NCBI GenBank assembly: GCA_023231475.1
Contig: JALJEE010001021.1
Location: forward strand, 1 to 64,000
Direction of reading: 5' to 3'
Length of the DNA: 64,000 bases
Source: Seison nebaliae
Taxonomy: Eukaryota
The notes under the pieces are model-generated. The model had not been told where the DNA came from and made no database searches. It was given only the letters and a program-made list of their open reading frames with translations. The translations under genes and the position numbers were made by a program. Positions 43,757-57,654 of this stretch are shown piece by piece. Each line of letters opens with the position of its first letter. Position 1 is the stretch's first letter.

Positions 43757-45256
43757 ATGAATCACTTATTATTATCATCATCATCACCATCAACAACAAT
43801 AGCATCATCGATTTTAAATACATTATCTCTCACAATATCATCGTCGTCTTCTAGTATTTTAAAAACGTCGAATTCCATCTCTCCCACCACCACAACGAAC
43901 ACAACTTCGGAAATTTCATCGAAACAAATCGGTGGAGGAGGAAATAATTCCGGTCAGATATTTAACAATCAATGGGCTTTCCCGTCCATGAATTTTGGGG
44001 AGGAATGTGGAGGTAAAAGAAGTTTTGAGTTAGATCTTCCATCATCTTTATCTTCGAATTCGTCGAGTATGATCTCGTCGAATCGGTCGTCACCAAAAAG
44101 GTTAAATTCGAGTAACGGTTCGGATGTGACGAGTGAAGTGTGTGAGAATGTTAAAGGGAATTATTGTGATTCGGATCAATCGAATTACGAAGATACGAAA
44201 GAGTTGAATACAAAACGAAAGAGATTCTTCAAATCGTCAAATAATGAGAATTCGAATAAAAAATCGAAACAACATCAGGACAATAAAAAAAGGAGAAATC
44301 GAACAACATTTACAACGCAACAATTGGAGGAATTAGAAAAGATTTTCATGAGAACACATTATCCTGACGTATATCTACGTGAACAAATGGCAATTAATTG
44401 TGATTTGACGGAAGCTCGTGTACAAGTTCCACGAATTTTTTCTGAATCGAAATTTATTTAAGTTTTTCCGTTTTCTTCTTTAAAGGTCTGGTTTCAAAAT
44501 CGTCGAGCTAAATGGAGAAAAAGAGAACGATACACAGCCGTCGCTTGTGCCTCTTTAGCCTCAATGTTACCACAAGCCGCTGTTGCCGCTGCTGCTGCTG
44601 CTTCAATTCTTCCTTCAAACGTTCCCATTCATGGAACAGATCAAACATTATCACCAACTATAACAACAACATCAAATTCGGATATTCCTTTCACTAATTC
44701 CACATCAAATGAATTAGATAATCACTTGTTTCCTATTGGTATGCAATCAACAACTGAATCATTGCTCAATGTATTAGCTAATCAATCATCTTTCGCATCT
44801 TTATTCTCCAACAACAACAACAACAATAACAACAACAATGATAGTTCAACAATTTTCCCATCAAATACATCATTTATTCAACAATTATCATTAAACAACA
44901 ATAATAACAGTAACAACAATGACAATTGTAGATTGGAGAAATCGATCGATAATAATAATTTTATAAATCTCAATTCTCATTTCATTTCTTCATCATCTTC
45001 ATCAAATTTGGATGGTCAACAACATCATCTGGAACAACAACAACAACAACAACAACAACAAGCGAATATCAATATGTTATTAGGGAGAATGTGTCATCAG
45101 GAGAATCATGGAAGGGAAATGAGTTTCAACCCAAATCCAAAGGAGTTATACGAAGATGTAAAGAAACATTTGGAAAATGAGAATTTGACTAATCCGTTTA
45201 AAGGAGCGTCGTTCGATTATCAGTCGAATGGTAATGTATATCCCCTTTATTCGTGA
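43757..45256 (+). CDS. Alx: PRD-class Q50 homeobox gene, Alx (Alx1/3/4)-like
   Basis: Spliced homeodomain [80 protein letters not shown] and RER fit Alx better than Arx. Intron 44426-44485 is at the conserved PRD-class position. An upstream exon is possible. Confidence 0.85.
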
Positions 45257-46063
45257 ACATTTCGTGAAGGATGGAAGAGATCCATTGTAATTGATTCGTA
45301 TCGAATAATCGTTGTTGGCACGATACTACGAAATTGATTGGTGATTAATGATTTGAAATGATTCTTAACGAATGAAAAAAAGTTTCGTGCCAACCGCCAT
45401 CTTTTCCCATTTTTTATACTATAAACTGGTATCACTTCTATTTCGCTTTATTCATCAATCATTCGTTTGTGGATAATTTCATTAAGAAATTCATTCACCT
45501 ATTTTTAAAAATGGAACATATTGAAAAATGAGAGAGAGAAATGTTGAAAATAAGAGAAACGGTGTTGTGAAGAAGAAAGCAAAAAAAATTTATGAATTTC
45601 TAATAAAGAAAGTGAATAAATAAATAAAAATTAGAAAAAATACTTTATATACGTCCCACTCCGGCAGTAGAAAGATGAATAAAAATCCATTGATCTTCAT
45701 TCGGGGTTTGTGGGGATGTTGTGGAAAATGTTTTTCTCACAATCTCCCAGTTAATTAACTTTCCAATTCTTTCAACAACTTAACAATAAATGTGCGCAAA
45801 CGAATTGATGAGTTTTGTTGAGTGTATATCCATCTGACTAGAAGAACGAGATGAGAAATCTCCTTCTGGAAAAGGAAGTTGAGTGGAGAAGAAAATAAAA
45901 AATTGATGAATTGTCTCTGTAAAAAAATGTGGGGGAAGTTTATGAGTTGAAGTGAAGAAGATGATTTTATGGAGAAGATGATTTTGATTGAAAGTAAAGT
46001 GAGTGTAATGTGTGGAAGAGGAGGAGGAAGGAGGAGGATGAGTAGTGAATGAAGTAGGAGTAC

Positions 46064-48921
46064 TCAAGAAATAAAATATTGTCCATTGGGTTGTGGTTGG
46101 ATTTGGTGGAGATCGGTATTGTTATGTTCGTCAAGTTTCGAAGTTTGTGACACAATCGATGTTGAATGATTTTCAGGAAAGTATTCGTTGTTATTCGATG
46201 CGCGAATGAATTGAGACATATCGTTCAATTTGCATAGATTCCCATTGACTACAACATTCTTCCAATAAATATATGAATCATGTGATTTACTATCAATCAA
46301 CGACTTATTCTGACACTCATCATTATTGTCATTGCTGGAGAGAGTTGGATGAAGATGATGATTATTATTATTGTTGTTGTTATTATTCTCATTATTATAT
46401 GATGAATTGGCAATGGTGGTCAGAGTGGATGAGACGGAAGGAATCTTCCTATCCGTTGATGGTATTGACAAATTATTATTATTACTGTTGTTGTTGTTGT
46501 TATTGTTCACATTATTAATATTCGTTCCAATTTGATCGGATTGAGATGTTTTCGATAGATTCTCATTATAATTAGTCATTGATGTCGGTAATTTCCCATA
46601 AAGATTTGGATTAATCTGGAAATTTTGTTGATGGAACGATGTTGATGATTGTTGTTGTTGTTGCTGTTGTTGTTGCTGTTGCAGAAGAAGATTTGGATAT
46701 GATAACATATCATAAATGTTCGTTGCAACATCATTATTATTATTGTTATTGTTATTGTTATTAGTCTTTCCGTTGAATGAACCGGATTGATTGGAGAATT
46801 TGATTTGCATCTCAAAATATTTCAAATTTTGATTATTATTGTTGTTGTTGTTGTTGTCATTGTCGTTTAAATTATTCTCCGTAGATGATGATGTTACTAA
46901 TGGCGCATAATAATTGTTTAAATTGTTGTTGTTGTTGTTTTTGTGTAGAGAGTTGTCGATTATAGATTTATTCATTTCATTATCACTCAAATTTTGACAG
47001 TTTGATAGAGTCGAATCATTCGAATAAGAGTTGGAAGAAGAATTCTGCAAATAATTATTGAATTGATTCTCATCAACCAAACTCTTATCAATCTTCAATT
47101 TCTTCGTTGAAAGCCCATCGGACGATGGACAATTCTTGTCAATCGAATCACGACCATTACTATGAAGCACATTCAACATATCATTAACGTTATTATTATT
47201 ATTGTTATTGTTGGAACAATTCATTTGAATATTCTCATGATCTTCCAATTTATCTGTTGAAGTATCTTTCATTGATATGGATCTATCATCACTTGAAATC
47301 GTTCCATTCGATTTATTCAGTGAATTTAATAAAGTTTTTGGTGAATTATGATGATTGGTTTCTAGGAGGTTTATTGACAGTTCCTCATGACAGTTACTAG
47401 ACGATCGTAATAATGTTGTATCTGATGGAACGATCGATAGAACTTTATCATTCTCACCACAACTCTGCTCATTCTTCTCATCAATTAATTCATTTTTTAT
47501 CTCATTCGACATCATATTAATGTCAAGTTTTGATGAATGATCCTCAGTTATCGTATCTGCTTGTGACGAATGATTATTCATTTCATTCAATATCATCTGA
47601 TTGTAATTCGTCTCAAATGATTGACTCGTATTCATCGACTGTTGTTGTCCCTGATGATGTTGCGCTTGTTGTTGTGGTGGTTGTTGCTGCTGTTGTTGCT
47701 GATAGAATGATGCATTTCTTAAATGATTTTCTAAAGTCTGATAATGATATTGTTTCAACATGATCAATGCCAGTTGTTTCTGACGTTGTTGTTGTAACAA
47801 CAATTGTTGTTGCTGTTGTTGTTGTTGTTGGTGTTGATGTTGTTGCTGCTGTTGTTGTTGTTGTTGGTCGAACGTTAATGGGAAACCATCGTTCGATGTT
47901 AATCCATTCACTGATCCATTTTGATTCGGTTGTGATTGTGGTTGTTGTTGTTGTTGTTGTGAGCGTTGTTGTTGCAAGAGAGTTGCAGCAATATATGCGG
48001 AATTATGCCAACTACTCGCATCACTCAAACCGACACCCATTGCCATAAGAGCATTATTCAAATTTATCGTGTTCCGATCAACATTCGATGGATTATAAAT
48101 ATCATTCGTATTCGAATTCACCTAATCGACATAATTGAAAGATTAATATGAATTGAAAAGCAAAGACCAACCTCTGAACCATTCTCATGAACGGTGATCG
48201 TCTTCGTTTCTTCCATCTTCCCATTCGTCTCATTCGTCGTTGTTTGTTCGGTTTTTTTCAATTTTCTGCAATTCGATTTCTTATTTTTCTTTTCCAAATG
48301 TCCTATACTATTCTTATTGTTATCATCCACACTCTTATTTTCATTTCCCGACGTAGATGTGTCATTACATTTCAACGACATATTTGCCTTAGCCACCAAA
48401 TTTCTCAGAACTCTATTAATCGAAGAAACCTGTACAACATTTTATTACCATTTTATTCATAATAATTATTTTTACTAACACTAGGTACATTATCTTGATC
48501 ACAGACACCTTCATTGAGAAGTCGATCGCGAATCTCCCAAGCGAAAATGGAGGGACATTCTTGTTTATAAGTGGCAATTCTCTCCACCACTCTCGCCGTC
48601 GCTACACGAGGTTTAGACCCACCGATTGCTCTTGGTTTTATCGTTCCAGTTTCATAATACCGTGCCAATATTTTACTAACACATCCGTTGCTCACCTGAT
48701 TCATTTGAAAACATTTCTCATTAGAATTCTTATCAGTGAAAGATAACCTGTAAAATGCGCGAAATGTCACACGGTCGAGCGCCTTGATGAGCCAGTTCGA
48801 TAATTTTTTGTCGAATCGCATCAGGTAGTGGTCGTCCATTCACGAAGATTCCGCCTAATTGGTTAATGCCGCTATGTCCTTTATGTGGCATGGCGACCAG
48901 GAAATTACGAAATGAATCCAT
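46064..48921 (-). CDS. Pax6: Pax6 (Pax4/6-class paired domain) with long Q/N-rich tail and no homeodomain, 4 exons
   Basis: [86 protein letters not shown] is diagnostic of Pax4/6. Introns 48696-48747, 48430-48479 and 48122-48171. Start at 48921 or 48891. Confidence 0.92.
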
Positions 48922-51900
48922 TCTCAATCCACTGACCGTTTCAATTTAGAGAAATTTTTCTTTTCTGAGTGTCAATTGGGAGAAATTATTTCGTGTCCTA
49001 TTGGAATTCGCGTATCCGCCTTGGCGATAAGGAAGAAGTAGAAGATTGAGAAAATATCTAATAAATTTCATTGGAAATAAAATTAATTGAAGTTTGCCCC
49101 TTTTTACAACAATTATTCAATTTCATTAATTAATACTCATCCTAATAATCATTAGTACATTCACTTAACCAAATATTATGGCGAATGACTGAATTTTCAT
49201 CTTCACTGAATCAGCACATTGATGTTCATTCAAATTTATAAAAAGAGATAAACTCTCGATCCAACAAGGTAAAAGCGAGTGAAGCAACCAACTCTCATTT
49301 CCAACTCAATAAAAATAATTGTGCCTTAAATTTTCTGCGTAATAATCTGCTTCGATAAGCGCGAAATTTATGTGCGAAGCACATGTTTCCAACTTCCCCC
49401 TCCATTTTCCCTCATACAAAGACATTATTATAAATGAAAATCGATTGGTCACACCAATTTCGTTTCATTCTATCAATTACATCCAAACTTATATTCTCTT
49501 TTACAATTTAATTTCTTCTTATATCACAAACACACAAAATTCAAATCGATGTGATGAATCGATGTTAAATTCTCCACTCATTTACGAATGATTGCCATCT
49601 ATCAGAGAGATTCAAAAAAATTTTATTTTCGACAAATCGAATGTCGAACTAATTAAAAGTCAAGACAAAAAATAGTTTTTTCATCACACAATTTCTCCTT
49701 TATTTGAGAGATCAATTTTTCAATTTTTCTCCATTTCAAATTCGTGTGAAATCGATGGGCAGAATTGAAAAAAAAATTGAACTAGAAACTTTTCTTGATT
49801 AGAGTGAGAAATGGGAAAGATTCTCATCTTTCGCTTATGCTCCAATAGGATTCGTACAACGAACACTTACAGTTTATTGCACGAGAATCGAAGCAGAGAA
49901 GGAAGACGAAAAAGAAGGTGAAATTATTCTATCGGATTAACGCAATAAATGAATTCTTCTTGTCAATTCATGCTTTCCATTCAACGGTAACAGAGAATGG
50001 ACAATTAAGATAGTGATCAATCGAACGATGATCAAACAGTTTTGCTTCAACTCATGCCTAGTCCAATGGAATATATCGTCAAGAAAGATGATTAGATATT
50101 CGACGAAAGAAAATTTACGGTAAGACATCACTTTCATCGGATTATTTACGCTTCCCTTAACCACATGAGAGAGAAAATGGAAAAGATTCTGTTTACGCCG
50201 TCATGCAATTGCACGACTCTTTCTTCTTCGTCTTTCTTTCGATGCCATTTTCTGATGATGAGCTAACTCGATTCCATTAGACAAAACGAAGAAGTAACAA
50301 GACTTTATCAACATAAGACATGAGATATTCCATCTCTACGCTCTCTTTCATCATAACTACCTTTCCTTTCACCAGAAATCTTTCTACCGATAATCACTGA
50401 TGTTTTCCGTACAAAAATTGAATGTTCCTCTAATCAATGAATACTCTTATCTCCTATCATTGTGTATGATGAGGTTTGGGCATTGTCATATTTTCTTATG
50501 AAAATCTGATTGCAACTCTATATATATATATATATATATGTTGTGCACACACTCAATTCGATGCACAACATCATCATGAGAAGTGAAATATAATAACACA
50601 AAAAAAGAAAAAATCGTTTTAACAAATTATTACTCTTGTTCGGAATAGAAGAAGAGGAGTTCATTTAAAAATAATTCATTCCCATCTCGAAATGAATGCG
50701 AATATTGATTCAATAATTATCAATCCTCGCTCCCGAGGTGCCATGACGAAAGTAGTTTAATGTTAAATAAAAGAATAATAAAAATAACAGGAATTGACGT
50801 GTTCTATGTTTCATTCTCTCCCTCCTCTTGATTAGGGACGGGAGAGAGTAATTGAATACTTGTTTATTAGAGAGCATTCGTGCAGAAACCGTACGAATCA
50901 GTGCACATTTTGGTGCAGTCGAACGTCATCAGCGAAAAGAAAAAAAAGATCAATATACTTTCCATTTTTCCTCTTTCTAAATTGGGTCTGATTATTTCCA
51001 GAAAATTATTCCGGTTTTATGTCGATGAAGAAAGAGGATGGGAAGAATTTTTTCTCAAATATTACTTTCTCCTCCAATCTGGTTTGATTGTCCCAGTTAA
51101 TCGTAGGAATTTCTCACGAAAAATTTTTCCAAAAGCCAAAAAATCTTCATTTTTTCTAAGAGTTCCGATTTGTTATTGGGGATATGATGATAATTTCGGA
51201 ATTTTAATGCTCTTTCTTTTCATTTAAAGAAACATTTTATTTGCAGTCACAGTTTAGGTTTGGAGATGAGATGGATGAGATATTCGAATGTTATGCCTTC
51301 CCCTTCTCCCCTTCCCACCTAACGAGATAGGAAGGAGACAATAGAAAGAAATTTTCTAGCAAACAATATAAGGATTAATTTCGAATAGAATTGAATTCGA
51401 TTCACCTATTGATATATATCAGAGGTACAATTGCGTCGCTCAAACAATAATTGTGTCCAGTTGATTGAGTTCAAGAGACGATTTATTCCTATCCTCTTTC
51501 ACCTACATAATATTTATGTGTAAAATTTCTTGGAAATCAGGTAATACACTTGGATTTGTGTGTGGAAGGGGAATATGGGACATATATCAGGTTCATCTGC
51601 CTAGTGAATTGAGGGAAATTAAGCGGAAAATATCAATGCACACTCAATGCTTTCATTTTCCTTCTTTTCTTAATACTACATTCAAATCGATCTTTTCTTC
51701 TTTCTTTCTCTAAATTTCTTTTAACTTTCATTCTCATTCACTTTCAGTCTCCTGTTTTTTTTTCCTAATCCAAATCCTAAAAAATTCTCATTTGCGAGAA
51801 ACAAGAAATAATTATCTTAATGAACAATTGGAACATTTAAAAGACAAGAAAGAAAATTGAATGAAATTTATTGTTTATTAATGAAAAAGAACGATGGAAT

Positions 51901-53884
51901 TCATTTGACTTGTAAACGGAGCGAACATTTCGTCTGGAAAGTCGCCCAAAGTTCTTGTTTCGCTTCAACACCAATTCGATGGAGTAGAGCACCGTGATTG
52001 TTGAGGATAGTTGACTAGAAACAATAAACATTGAAATTATATTGAATGAAAATGAAACAATATCTCTTTTGTATTGACGTTTTCTGCAAATAATTTCCAC
52101 GTCAATTCTCATGACATCATTCTCATCGATCTCTAACGATCTCGTTTCGATTTGAAGTTGATATGGAATCTCGTTAGGAAGATACTCCAACAACTTCTCT
52201 CTGACACACATCTCAGTTAATCGATGAGGCATTTGATCCGTTCTGACATCTCGATGAAATTGCCATTGCTTCACATTCTTCGTTCTGAGAAATAAATAAT
52301 TCTAAAAAAAATCATAAAATAAAATTATGAGATTATGATTATAAATTGAACACGTAAATCATTCACACCATTTGAATCAAGTGAGGAGACCATGAAGATT
52401 TGAGAGAAATATGGCCATCCAAATGTTCCATTTGATTTCTTATAAATTCTTATGAGATCTTCTAATTTCTTCCATTTCTCATAATATAAATTCCAGGATT
52501 GTGTATTCATCAAATCCTCTTTGATTGCGACAGGTGAAGGATATCTTTCTTCCACTTTCTCTATTTTCAATATATGATTTTTTATAACATTCTTCAAATA
52601 CACATTCTTATCATCATTCAATTTCATCAATAAATTCTTTTCATTCAATATTAAATCATTCAATTTTCCTGTTGTTGTTGTTGTTGTTGTTGGATGATAT
52701 GGGGAAGCATCAGATGAAATTAATGATGATTTATTAGAATAATATGATGATGAATTTGATGGAATTAATTCATTGAAATTATCTGAAGAATTTTCCAATT
52801 TTAATTGATTATCATTTCCTTCTGATAATAATTGATAATTTGAAATTTTTTTATGAAGCACATTCTTCATTTCATCTAACATGTGACAATGATTAATAAT
52901 TTGATCTTTCATTTCGTCTGAAACGAAAGGAAGAACATCGTCCAATTCCAACATTATATTTTCTTCTTTCAATAATTTCTTCATTGAACTTCTTAATGTT
53001 CGTTGTTCTTTTGAGAAAATCTTGAAAAAAAAGAAAATATTAGAATATTAAATAAAATTAAATTTAAAAACTGGTAATGTTATTTGTCGATCATTCATAT
53101 AATTATTCGTCAATGAGACGGTTGATGGTAATAAGAAATTTTTCTTTTTCAAACGATCAATCTTGAAAAATTTAAAGAAATTTTCTTCTAATGAAAACGA
53201 ACCAAAATTAAAAAATTTTTAATAAATTTGAACTTTATTCAAAACTAAAATTGCTTCGTTTTCTGGAAATGCGAATAAACATTTCATCACTTCCTCATCC
53301 AACGATTTGCAATGATATTCGTTCGAAATATCGTGAACAACAATAATACAATCACTATTCCATAATGATGCCATCGGATCCATAATCATCGATTTCTCCA
53401 ATCTCCGATGTTTCTTTCTCCATGGCGCAATTGTTCCCGGAGTATCAGTGAACACTACTTGACAATTCCCTTTTGTTATGACACCTAAAAATTTCTCTTT
53501 CAATTTTCTTTTTTATTTTCAAAATTCACCTGTAATTCTTTCACGAGTCGTGTGAGGACGTGAAGAAACTGAAGAAATGCGACGACCTAATAAACGATTA
53601 GCGAGTGTCGATTTTCCACTATTGGGAGAGCCAATAATTGATACATTTAATGATCGTGCATTTTGGGGATATTCTGGTAATAAAATTCCTTGTTGATCAT
53701 ATTCGACTGATGAGAAAGAAAAGAAATTTAAATTTGATTCATTTCAACTTATTAAAATCAAACCTAAAGTTCGAGGAATGTATCCATTATTAATATTTTC
53801 CGTTTGGAAATCATTTGAAACGAATCTTTTAGAATTAATCGAAAATTGAGTTTTGAAGAATCGAAATAGGAAAAGTTTTCGCAT
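51901..53884 (-). CDS. ERAL1: Mitochondrial Era-like GTPase (7 exons)
   Basis: Basic targeting-peptide-like N-terminus, G1 GSPNSGKST, HTTR, G3 DTPG, G4 NK|ID, GWPYFSQIFMVSS, KH region VREKLLEYLPNEIPY, and terminal LRLQVK*. Confidence 0.92.
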
Positions 53885-54048
53885 TTCTCCCTAACACATT
53901 TCTTTAGATGAATTAGCTAAACTTTTATAAATCGATTAAATTGTCGAAATGGATAATTGAATTGATCTGGGAATATTGCGAATCACCAATAGTGATCCTA
54001 TAGTAGGATAGTCAAAACAAATAACGTATAAGTCTCTAATTGGGTCAG

Positions 54049-56573
54049 ATGTCGACAATAAAACTGATTCTCAACCTGAAAAAAACCGATATCGTCTTCC
54101 TCGTTTATCTGGCGTATGAAGATTATGAATGGATAGAAAAAGAAGTCGTTTTCACCAATGTCCAAGGGAAAACGAATCTTTACAATCAACTCCCACAAAC
54201 TTCCCTTCCTTCACTTATCAATTATGTGATATATTTATCTCGAACTCAAGAACCGTTTGATGGAGGAAGAATTTTTCGAAGGGAAATACCTTTCAAATTC
54301 TCAGGATATTTTCCTCATACAATCTTTAGATGTTTATTGAACAAACACAGCCATTATCGTATCGTTGATCAACATCCAGGTTATTATCAATTTCCCGAAG
54401 ATAGAATTGAAAATGAAAACAAACAACATATGTTTGATCTGTTGGCAATTAGTATGATATGGCACATTTTACAAAAGTTAAGATTGCCGCTCATGGAAAT
54501 GGAAGCTTACTTCTTCGATCATTTATATTTCTATGAAGATCAAATATTGCACTTGGGCAACTATGGAGACAAACAGAATTTCTTAATAAGATATTCAACA
54601 AACTCTCCTCCATTGCCACATGAGAAGAAAACTGATTCACATACTCTTCATATTCCTTCGTCAGGACCAATGTTGTTCACTTTCACTTTCGAGAAGAAAA
54701 CAATCGAATTCTTAATCTTCGTCCATAAAAAACCGAAAGTCTCATATTCTTCCTATCAATTTTTTTCAATTTAAATATTTCATCTCAGTATTTTCTCATT
54801 AAGAGAAACAAATGTTTAAATAATGTTCTTATTATGGAGCCGAAACAATTTGGTGGCGAACAAAATAAAGTTTCCATTTTAATCTTTTCAACAGATAATT
54901 TGTAAACTTTCATTCTCTTCAATTCTCTCCCAATTCCACTATTGTAAATATTCTACCATCATATTTCCATAATGCAGGTTTTCTTATTATTTTTCATTTT
55001 CCTACCGTCATTTTTCCCGTACCCTAAAAGGAGAATGGATTGAGAATTATCGATGATGAATTTGAATATGATTATGTGTTCGCTCTAGAGAAAGTACCGA
55101 ATTTGGATGAGAACATCAACGAGAAGAGTAAAGCGATTATGAGAAATACAGAAATGTTGGAGAAGTTCAAAAAAAGAATAAAGAAGAATAGTACGATTCT
55201 GATAAAGACGGTGGAGGATTTAAACGACGAATTAATATTATACGAAGTTCAAGATAGAGCTCAACCTATTCAATTAATACAACTCTACTATACTCCTTTT
55301 GTTAACAACAGAAGATATTGTACAATTCGACGATGTGGAAATTATCGAATTTGTTGTAAAGATAATCCAAACTTTTATTTGGATTTAGAGGTAACAGGTC
55401 TCTCCATTCGCATCCGAATATTTGAAAATTATCCTTCGTTTATGTTTCACTCTTTTAGAATCAAATGATTATTGTCATTCTGAGATTGTTGATCCCATTT
55501 TAACAATAACTCAAACTTCATCTGAAGATTTCCGATTATATGCTCAACATGAAGATTTGAACGCTACGATATATATGACAATTAGTCCCGATACCGGCCA
55601 TGTTTCCCTCCTTCACATTTCATCATTTTCATTCATATTCAATTAGTTCAGTAATTATAACACACAAAATCCGATAATGTTAGGAAAATATATTGAAGAT
55701 AAACTCCTCTATATCTTCATACAAACAGCGTACGGTTATAAAAAATTAGTGAAGTTACTTATATTATTTATTGTTCATTGTAAAAAAATGTTTCGATAAA
55801 AGAGAATTGAATAAAATTAGATTATTCAAATGTCCAATACAACTGAATGTAATGGACCAACATGGAAATAATCTTTCCTTCCAATCTTCTCCTAACGAAT
55901 TAGAAGTTTCTCTTTTTTCTCCAATTCCCTAAAATCATTATTTTCAATATATATTTTAATAACAGTTCCAATTAAAATTGAACAAAGTAGCCACATTTAA
56001 GATTCCACCGAATATCAACCGAATTAGTATGAATGGCGTCTGTTCGAACAGTATAATTATTGGACGATTATTCTCTAAGCACGATGTAAGTTCGCCCCTA
56101 CAAGTTCCATAAGAAATTCCTAAATTTTTTAAAATATCATTTCATCTTTTCAGGTCATTCGTTCTCCATCATTCTCTTTAAATCTGTTTGTCCAATCAAA
56201 CAAAAATTTATTAGCAATTACTTCCAATATTTCCAATAAGAAAAATGATGAATATATCATTGAACTATTTAGAAAGGCCGACCAAAATGATGAGAAAATA
56301 ACGGAGAAACGAATGATCCCCCAAAACTTTTATGTATTTAAGGATTGTGATATAAGTTTCGGTTCTTACCAAGTTATACTGACAAGGACTCCAAAAGAAG
56401 AAGATGGCAATTCAGAAAATCATACAACTGAGAAATTCAATTCGAATATTGTGCAGTTCGAAAATGATAACGGATTACGTAGACGTCATTTGGGAACGGT
56501 CAAAAAGAATGGTGGAATTCTTTATTATTCTTTAGAATTTGCCACAATCCAAGAAGATGAATTTTCATGGTGA
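54049..56573 (+). CDS. Multi-exon hypothetical protein (exon structure only partly resolved)
   Basis: Co-oriented ORFs 54040-54774, 55040-55468, 55422-55646 and 56313-56573 are separated by short intron-like gaps, with AATAAA downstream (56619, 56656). No family recognised. Confidence 0.6.
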
Positions 56574-56681
56574 AATTATGTCCATTGTTCTTTAACCACA
56601 ATCCGATTTTGTTTATGAATAAATAATTGAATTTTTTCTTCAGCTAATTTTGTTTAATAAAATATTTTTCTGATTATTTAA

Positions 56682-57654
56682 GAGCATTCCACTTCTTAAG
56701 ACTATTATCTCTTCGTTCGTATTAAAAGTTGTGGAGAATCTCATTTTATTCCGCTATCGACATATCTTTTTCTCTTCATCATATCAATTTGCATACCGAT
56801 CTTCGTGTCGCGGTACATATCCTCTTCCCTTCCTCCTTCGTTCAGCTATATCTGATGCTAAAGAAAAGAAAGTTTCTCTACACATTCTCGACGCATCATT
56901 CGCTCTTAATTATCTGTGTCGTCATAACGTCGAGACTCCTCTCCTCAGATTTCTATATCATCTTTTCTACCAATCTACGGGGCGTGTCTTCATCGGCGAT
57001 CGACTCAGCGAAATATTTCACATCAATTCCGGTGTTTGTCAAGGTCATTGACGAAGTTCTTCGTCATCTGAATGACTCACGTGACATCCACATAGGAAAC
57101 AATTCGTTTCCACATGTCATGGCTTACACAGACGACATAGATCGTTCTCTGCGTCATCTAAAACAATCTTATCAACGTTTATCTCTATTTCTCACGCAAA
57201 GAGATGTATCCATTAATCCGTCAAAAAGCTGTTTATTATCAACCGGTCTACGTTCTTTCTCGACTATTCCTCTTAAATCCTCCACTATCTTTCTCGGTTC
57301 AACTATTGATTTCTACAGCCTATTCTCCGTTGCGTTAGATCATATTCGCAACAAATTATGCAAAGCTTTCTTCTCTCCCAAAACGAAATTCACTCCTTTA
57401 AAATCACGTTTACAGCTTTTTAAGAGTTTAGTTCTTTCCTTATATTCTCTGGAAACGATTTTCGTATGCAGTCAACGCTCGTTCTTGTCAAATGACCGCG
57501 CTTACAATCGCCTTATTAGGAGATTAGTTTGTTGTTTTCACAGATGTAACCGTTCTCTGCTTTTCGCAACAATCCGTCTTCCTCCCTTACCCATTTTCTT
57601 CTCCCGTCGAATTTTTACTCCTATCGACAAAATCGCCGAATAATAATAATAATA
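56682..57654 (+). mobile_element. 5'-truncated, frameshifted non-LTR retrotransposon with (TAA)n tail and candidate target-site duplication
   Basis: RT motifs QFAYR, HILDAS, SGVCQG, MAYTDDI, INPSKS and IFLG; TAA repeats at 57641-57653; flanking near-identical 14-mers ttctgattatttaa (56668-56681) and ttctcattatttaa (57655-57668). Confidence 0.87.

Noticed and set aside
46273..48478. Plus-strand Val/Cys/Tyr-rich ORFs
   Set aside because: They are antisense shadows of the CAA/AAT codon repeats in Pax6.
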